From Saprospiraceae bacterium (GTDB taxonomy: Bacteria > Bacteroidota > Bacteroidia > Chitinophagales > Saprospiraceae): a DNA stretch of 64,000 bases. A model generated the notes under the pieces. The model did no database searches. It saw nothing but the letters and a program-made list of their open reading frames with translations, and had not been told where the DNA came from. Shown one piece after another: positions 58,955-64,000 of this stretch; position 1 is the first letter of the stretch; every line of letters begins with the position of its first letter. Both the position numbers and the translations under genes were made by a program. The DNA is taken from contig CBDFMR010000005.1 in assembly GCA_965249765.1 (NCBI GenBank), forward strand, positions 1,506,782-1,570,781. The letters are read 5' to 3'.

Positions 58955-61900
58955 ATGTATGCGATATTGGTCATTTTCTTAACCACTATTTCTTTTAACC
59001 TTATTTCACAATGCGCTGAGATAGATATACAAAATGTCTATTTCGAGTGTAACTCAGATGGTACTTCAACTGATGAGTTCTACATTGACATCACCTTCAT
59101 ACCTCTTGCCATGTCGGGCACTTATACCTTCACGGATGCCATGGGTAATACACCTACTATTATGGCAGACATCGGTGATGTATTCGACTTTGGAGTTCCA
59201 AGCCCCGGAAGTTATACGCTGACATCGGGAATGTCGTTCACATACGAATTTGGTCCTTTCACTGATGGGGATGCCTTTGACGTGACGATAGAAACTCCCA
59301 ATGGTTGCATAATTGATGTAATGGCTGGTACTTACGATTGCGACGATAACATAAGCGGAGGTTGTGAAACAGATGTCCCATTCTATGATCTAGACTTCAC
59401 AGGTGATCCTGACGGGGTGTTTGACATAAATTACACGGAGAGATTTGAAGAGTGCTGCATGTCCGGCGACCGATGTGTGGAGTTTAAGATTACCCTAGAC
59501 CCCAATACGGAAGGGATAAGCGCTGCTATAAGTGGTGGTGGTGGATATGTTTATTCTGTTTTGGAGGCGGACTTTGATTGTATGGATTATCCTATTGGCA
59601 ATGAACAGAATCAACTTCCTAATATCCAAAATGATGTTTGTTTGACGTCTGGTGAGACATTTTTTGTCTTTATTTGTAAATCTGGAACAAATCAAAATGA
59701 GATAACAATAAATGCCATCCCTAAGCCAGGAATTATACCCATGCCAGAGATTTCTCAGATATGTGATGTTGACCTGATGGTACAGAATCTAACGAACTTT
59801 ACATGGTCTAGCGTTGCAGATCCAAATTTGGATAACTTGACATGCGCTACTCCATGTACCGATGTGAGTCCGGTAACATTTCTATATGATGAGGTTGAGT
59901 TTGGTATTGTAACGGATTGCGATGGTGTGGTATATGACTATACAGTATCAGGAATGCCATTAAATACAAGCTGTAGTATGGGTGTGGTAATGGCATCTAC
60001 GACGGTTACTGTTTTTCCAGAATTTAATATAATGCTTGAAACCCAATGCAATGACAACGGTACGATGGACATTACAGCGACACCTACCGGCAATGGCGCA
60101 TTATGTTCATACCTATTTGACTGGAGCAATGGGGAGATGACACAGACAATCGTGGTGGATCAAGATGGAGCGGAATATTGTGTTGATGTAAAAAGAACAG
60201 CCAATGTACATGAATGTGCTGTAGTTTCCTTATGTATAAATGCAAACTGCTGTTTACAGTCAGCTAGTTGCGGAATAGGCGATCTATCGATCCAGGGATG
60301 TGATTTGACAGTTGCTCCAGCACCATTCACGTTACCTTATGAAGTTTTTTCAATGTTTGAAAGTTGTAGCAACGATACATTGCTACAGGTAGAGGCAGAT
60401 ACAGTAGGAATGCTTTGTTTTGGCGGAATTGCAATAGAGCGTATATACCATCTTGTGGTGGATATGGATACCGTTGCAAGTTGTATGCAAACCATTACAA
60501 TAACAGATACAACAGATCCAACAATTACAGCACCAGACGATATAACCTTGGAGGTTTGTGGAGTGACCTCTACAACAGTCAATGCAGGAAATGCAGGATT
60601 TTCATATTCAGACTTGGTCATTGTACTGACAGATGCAGATGTATTGACTTATCTGGGATTACCCGGAGCATTGGCAGCAGATAATTGCAGTTTTGAGATT
60701 TCATATCAGGATGATTATATCATGTCGTGCCCTTGGTTATTGACCAGAACATATACAATAACAGACACATGTGGTAACACAGCGATGGACACACAACTTA
60801 TCACAGTAGATGACACAACGGATCCAGTGATAGTAGCACCAGATGATATAAGTATAGAAGCATGTTTTGCAGATGCTACTACGGTAACAGCAGCACTGGC
60901 CGGCTTCGTGTATTCAGAGATCTTGGTAACCGTAGACCATTCCGAGGAAGCTACATTCCTAGGCTTGGCAGGAGCATTAGTGACGGAAGCATGTGGATAC
61001 GAGCTGACCTACATAGATGTAGCAGCAGGTACATGCCCGACAATAGTGACAAGAACGTGGACCATCACAGATACGTGTGACAACACAGCGATGGACACAC
61101 AACTTATCACGGTAGATGACACAACTGATCCCGTGATAGTAGCTCCAGATGACATAAATATAGAAGCATGTTTTGCTGATGTTACTACTGTGACAGCATT
61201 ATTGGCAGGCTTCGTGTATTCAGAGACCTTGGTAACCCTAGACCATTCCGAGGAAGCTACCTTCTTAGGCTTGACGGGAGCCTCAGTGACGGAGGCATGT
61301 GGTTATGAGCTGACGTACATAGATGTAGCAGCAGGCACGTGCCCTACAATAGTGACAAGAACGTGGACGATCGCAGATACATGTGACAACACAGCGATGG
61401 ACACACAGTTGATCACGGTAGATGACACAACAGATCCAGTGATAGTAGCGCCAGATGATATAAGTATAGAAGCATGTTTTGCAGATGCCACGACTGCGAC
61501 AGCAGCACTGACTGGTTTTGTGTATTCAGAGACCTTGGTAACCCTAGACCATTCCGAGGAGGCTACTTTCCTAGGCTTGACAGGAGTCTCAGTGACAGAG
61601 GCCTGCGGTTATGAGCTGACGTACATAGATGTAGCAGCGGGCACGTGCCCTACAATAGTGACAAGAACGTGGACGATCACAGATACATGTGACAACACAG
61701 CGATGGACACTCAGTTGATCACGGTAGATGACACAACAGATCCAGTGATAGTAGCGCCAGACGACATAAGTATAGAAGCATGTTTTGCAGATGCCACGAC
61801 GGTGACAGTAGCACTGACCGGCTTCGTGTATTCAGAGACCTTAGTAACATTAGACCATTCCGAGGAAGCTACATTCCTAGGCTTGGCAGGATCCTCAGTG

Positions 61901-64000
61901 ACAGAGGCCTGCGGTTACGAGCTGACGTACATAGATGTAGCAGCGGGCACGTGCCCTACAATAGTGACAAGAACGTGGACGATCACAGACACATGTGACA
62001 ACACAGCGATGGACACGCAGCTGATCACCGTAGATGACACAATGGATCCAGTGATAGTAGCTCCAGATGACATTACTTTGGAGGCGTGCATGGTAGACAT
62101 GACGACGGTTGATGCTGCCAACACAGGCTTTGACTACTCGGAGACATTGGTGACATTGACGCATTCCGAGGAAGCGAACTTCCTTGGTTTGATGGGAGCC
62201 TCAGTGACCGAGGCATGTGGCTATGAGATCACATATATAGATGTGGCAGCGGGAACATGTCCGGCAGTGGTAACAAGAACGTGGACGATCACAGATACAT
62301 GTGACAACACGGCGATGGATAGCCAGCTTATCAGTGTAGGTGATGCAATAGATCCAATAATAGTAGCACCGGAGGATATAAGTATAGAAGCATGCTTTGC
62401 GGATGCCACGACGGTGACGGCAGCCGATGCCGGCTTCGTGTATTCAACGACCTTAGTAACTCTGGACCATTCCGAGGAAGCTACATTCTTTGGCTTGACA
62501 GGTGCATCAGTGACGGAAGCATGTGGCTACGAGCTGACTTATATAGATGTAGCAGCAGGCACGTGCCCTACAATAGTGACAAGAACGTGGACCATTATAG
62601 ACACGTGTGACAACACAGCGATGGACACTCAGTTGATCACAGTAGATGACACAACAGATCCAGTGATAGTAGCCCCTGATGATATCACATTAGAGGCATG
62701 TACTGCAGATATAACAACAGTGACAGCTGGGAATACGGGTTTTGACTACTCGGAGACATTGGTAACCCTAGATCATTCAGAGGAAGCTACATTCTTAGGC
62801 TTGACAGGTGCATCAGTTACGGAAGCCTGTGGCTATGAGATCACATATATAGATGTGGCAGCGGGAACATGTCCGGCAGTGGTAACAAGAACGTGGACGA
62901 TCACAGATACATGTGACAACACGGCGATGGATAGCCAGCTTATCAGTGTAGGTGATGCAATAGATCCAATAATAGTAGCCCCTGATGATATCACATTAGA
63001 GGCATGTACTGCAGATATAACAACAGTGACAGCTGGGAATACGGGTTTTGACTACTCGGAGACATTGGTGACATTGACACAAGCAGAAGAAGCGACCTTT
63101 CTAGGTTTGACGGGAGCCTCAGTGACGGAGGCCTGTGGTTATGAGATTACGTATATAGATAGTCCATCAGGAACATGTCCTGTAATCATAACGAGAACAT
63201 ATACGATCACAGATACGTGTGATAATGTAGACATGGATAGTCAGCTTCTCAGTGTAGGCGATGCGATAGATCCCATAATAGTAGCACCTGATGATATAAG
63301 TATAGAAGCATGCTTTGCTGATGCCACGACGGTGACGGCAGCCGATGCCGGCTTCGTGTATTCAACGACCTTAGTAACTCTGGACCATTCCGAGGAAGCT
63401 ACATTCTTTGGCTTGGCAGGTGCATCAGTGACGGAAGCATGTGGCTACGAGCTGACGTACATAGATGTAGCAGCGGGCACGTGCCCTACAATAGTGACCA
63501 GAACGTGGACCATTATAGACACGTGTGACAACACAGCGATGGACACTCAGTTGATCACAGTAGATGACACAACAGATCCAGTGATAGTAGCACCAGAAGA
63601 TATAAGCATAGAAGCATGCTTTGCTGATGCCACGACGGTGACAGCAGCACTGACCGGCTTCGTGTATTCAGAGACCTTAGTAACATTAGACCATTCCGAG
63701 GAAGCTACATTCCTAGGCTTGGCAGGATCCTCAGTGACAGAGGCCTGCGGTTACGAGCTGACGTACATAGATGTAGCAGCGGGGACATGTCCGACGGTAA
63801 TCACACGTACATGGACCATCACAGATACATGTGACAATACCGCGATGGACACACAGTCGATCACAGTAGATGACACAACTGATCCCGTGATAGTAGCACC
63901 GGATGACATAAGTATAGAAGCATGTCTTGCAGACGCCACGACAGTGACAGCAGCACTTGCAGGCTTTGAATATTCAGAGACCTTAGTAACATTAGACCAT
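58955..64000 (+). CDS. giant repetitive adhesin-like secreted protein (5' part only; runs off the window end) with tandem HYR-like 102-aa repeats
   Basis: Frame traced by hand from ATG 58955 (MYAILVIFLTTISFNLISQC signal) with no stop to 64000. It is missing from the ORF track because no stop lies in the window. The repeat unit is TRTWTITDTCDNTAMDTQLITVDDTTDPVIVAPDDISIEACFADATTVTAALTGFVYSETLVTLDHSEEATFLGLTGASVTEACGYELTYIDVAAGTCPTIV. Confidence 0.75.
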   Translation, partial: MYAILVIFLTTISFNLISQCAEIDIQNVYFECNSDGTSTDEFYIDITFIPLAMSGTYTFTDAMGNTPTIMADIGDVFDFGVPSPGSYTLTSGMSFTYEFGPFTDGDAFDVTIETPNGCIIDVMAGTYDCDDNISGGCETDVPFYDLDFTGDPDGVFDINYTERFEECCMSGDRCVEFKITLDPNTEGISAAISGGGGYVYSVLEADFDCMDYPIGNEQNQLPNIQNDVCLTSGETFFVFICKSGTNQNEITINAIPKPGIIPMPEISQICDVDLMVQNLTNFTWSSVADPNLDNLTCATPCTDVSPVTFLYDEVEFGIVTDCDGVVYDYTVSGMPLNTSCSMGVVMASTTVTVFPEFNIMLETQCNDNGTMDITATPTGNGALCSYLFDWSNGEMTQTIVVDQDGAEYCVDVKRTANVHECAVVSLCINANCCLQSASCGIGDLSIQGCDLTVAPAPFTLPYEVFSMFESCSNDTLLQVEADTVGMLCFGGIAIERIYHLVVDMDTVASCMQTITITDTTDPTITAPDDITLEVCGVTSTTVNAGNAGFSYSDLVIVLTDADVLTYLGLPGALAADNCSFEISYQDDYIMSCPWLLTRTYTITDTCGNTAMDTQLITVDDTTDPVIVAPDDISIEACFADATTVTAALAGFVYSEILVTVDHSEEATFLGLAGALVTEACGYELTYIDVAAGTCPTIVTRTWTITDTCDNTAMDTQLITVDDTTDPVIVAPDDINIEACFADVTTVTALLAGFVYSETLVTLDHSEEATFLGLTGASVTEACGYELTYIDVAAGTCPTIVTRTWTIADTCDNTAMDTQLITVDDTTDPVIVAPDDISIEACFADATTATAALTGFVYSETLVTLDHSEEATFLGLTGVSVTEACGYELTYIDVAAGTCPTIVTRTWTITDTCDNTAMDTQLITVDDTTDPVIVAPDDISIEACFADATTVTVALTGFVYSETLVTLDHSEEATFLGLAGSSVTEACGYELTYIDVAAGTCPTIVTRTWTITDTCDNTAMDTQLITVDDTMDPVIVAPDDITLEACMVDMTTVDAANTGFDYSETLVTLTHSEEANFLGLMGASVTEACGYEITYIDVAAGTCPAVVTRTWTITDTCDNTAMDSQLISVGDAIDPIIVAPEDISIEACFADATTVTAADAGFVYSTTLVTLDHSEEATFFGLTGASVTEACGYELTYIDVAAGTCPTIVTRTWTIIDTCDNTAMDTQLITVDDTTDPVIVAPDDITLEACTADITTVTAGNTGFDYSETLVTLDHSEEATFLGLTGASVTEACGYEITYIDVAAGTCPAVVTRTWTITDTCDNTAMDSQLISVGDAIDPIIVAPDDITLEACTADITTVTAGNTGFDYSETLVTLTQAEEATFLGLTGASVTEACGYEITYIDSPSGTCPVIITRTYTITDTCDNVDMDSQLLSVGDAIDPIIVAPDDISIEACFADATTVTAADAGFVYSTTLVTLDHSEEATFFGLAGASVTEACGYELTYIDVAAGTCPTIVTRTWTIIDTCDNTAMDTQLITVDDTTDPVIVAPEDISIEACFADATTVTAALTGFVYSETLVTLDHSEEATFLGLAGSSVTEACGYELTYIDVAAGTCPTVITRTWTITDTCDNTAMDTQSITVDDTTDPVIVAPDDISIEACLADATTVTAALAGFEYSETLVTLDH
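60743..64000 (+). repeat. at least 11 head-to-tail copies of a 306-bp coding tandem repeat (HYR-like domain array)
   Basis: The anchor ac(a/c)agaac(g/a)t(g/a)gac recurs at 60743, 61049, 61355, 61661, 61967, 62273, 62579, 62885, 63191, 63497 and 63803, an exact 306-bp period. Some units are nearly identical at DNA level (e.g. 62260-62350 vs 62870-62960). Confidence 0.9.

Noticed and set aside
59034-59222. 62-aa plus-strand ORF
   Set aside because: It lies in an alternative frame inside the hand-traced adhesin CDS that starts at 58955 with a signal peptide.
60700-64000. Regularly spaced repeats that could be mistaken for a CRISPR array, plus numerous 60-95-aa ORFs on both strands
   Set aside because: The period is 306 bp with no short spacer/repeat alternation. 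The whole region lies in one open frame encoding HYR-like protein repeats. The small ORFs are repeat-induced artefacts.

Overview
This 64-kb window is AT-rich (about 33-35% GC by eye) and looks like a Bacteroidota (Flavobacteriia or Sphingobacteriia-like) chromosome. Supporting signs are type-B T9SS C-terminal sorting motifs, SprB/HYR-like adhesin repeats and the absence of obvious Shine-Dalgarno sites.

Layout:
- **1-21.6 kb, accessory defense/mobile island (nearly all on the minus strand):**
  - a partial repeat-containing ORF,
  - a HigB/HigA toxin-antitoxin pair,
  - a small lipoprotein with 3x30-aa perfect repeats,
  - an MmeI-like Type IIG restriction-modification fusion enzyme with a translationally coupled unknown 344-aa gene,
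  - a complete Type I R-M operon: an XRE-family HTH gene, hsdM, hsdS, a Cys-rich small ORF, hsdR and a DUF45 metallopeptidase,
  - a zinc-ribbon plus TOPRIM (OLD/AriB-like) protein,
  - two identical ORF-free 648-bp direct repeats flanking a glutaredoxin / FMN-reductase pair,
  - a tyrosine integrase.
- **21.6-47 kb, mostly housekeeping:**
  - a frameshifted secreted protein,
  - three coiled-coil proteins including a DUF2130 protein,
  - gpsA, yidC,
  - a tRNA-Met(CAT) with terminator,
  - a truncated MBL-fold fragment,
  - an NfeD-flotillin pair,
  - msrA, a PlsC-type acyltransferase, lysS,
  - a 2822-aa T9SS adhesin,
  - priA.
- **47.0-54.0 kb, nested IS composite:**
  - two tandem IS1634-family copies; the second is 5'-truncated,
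  - the second copy is interrupted by an IS30-family element and by an IS66-family single-ORF element,
  - the whole composite is bracketed by a 148-bp target-site duplication that preserves both flanking genes.
- **54-64 kb:**
  - an M28 peptidase,
  - a TolB-like protein,
  - membrane proteins,
  - an alpha/beta hydrolase,
  - the start of a giant adhesin with at least 11 tandem 306-bp HYR-like repeats running off the window end.

No rRNA or CRISPR array was seen.

The most unusual items:
- the twin 648-bp non-coding repeats, a candidate structured RNA or non-autonomous element;
- the orphan TOPRIM protein;
- uncharacterised genes embedded in the R-M operons;
- shared GC-rich motifs in three island promoter regions.

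All calls were made by reading the sequence and translations by eye; no database search was run.
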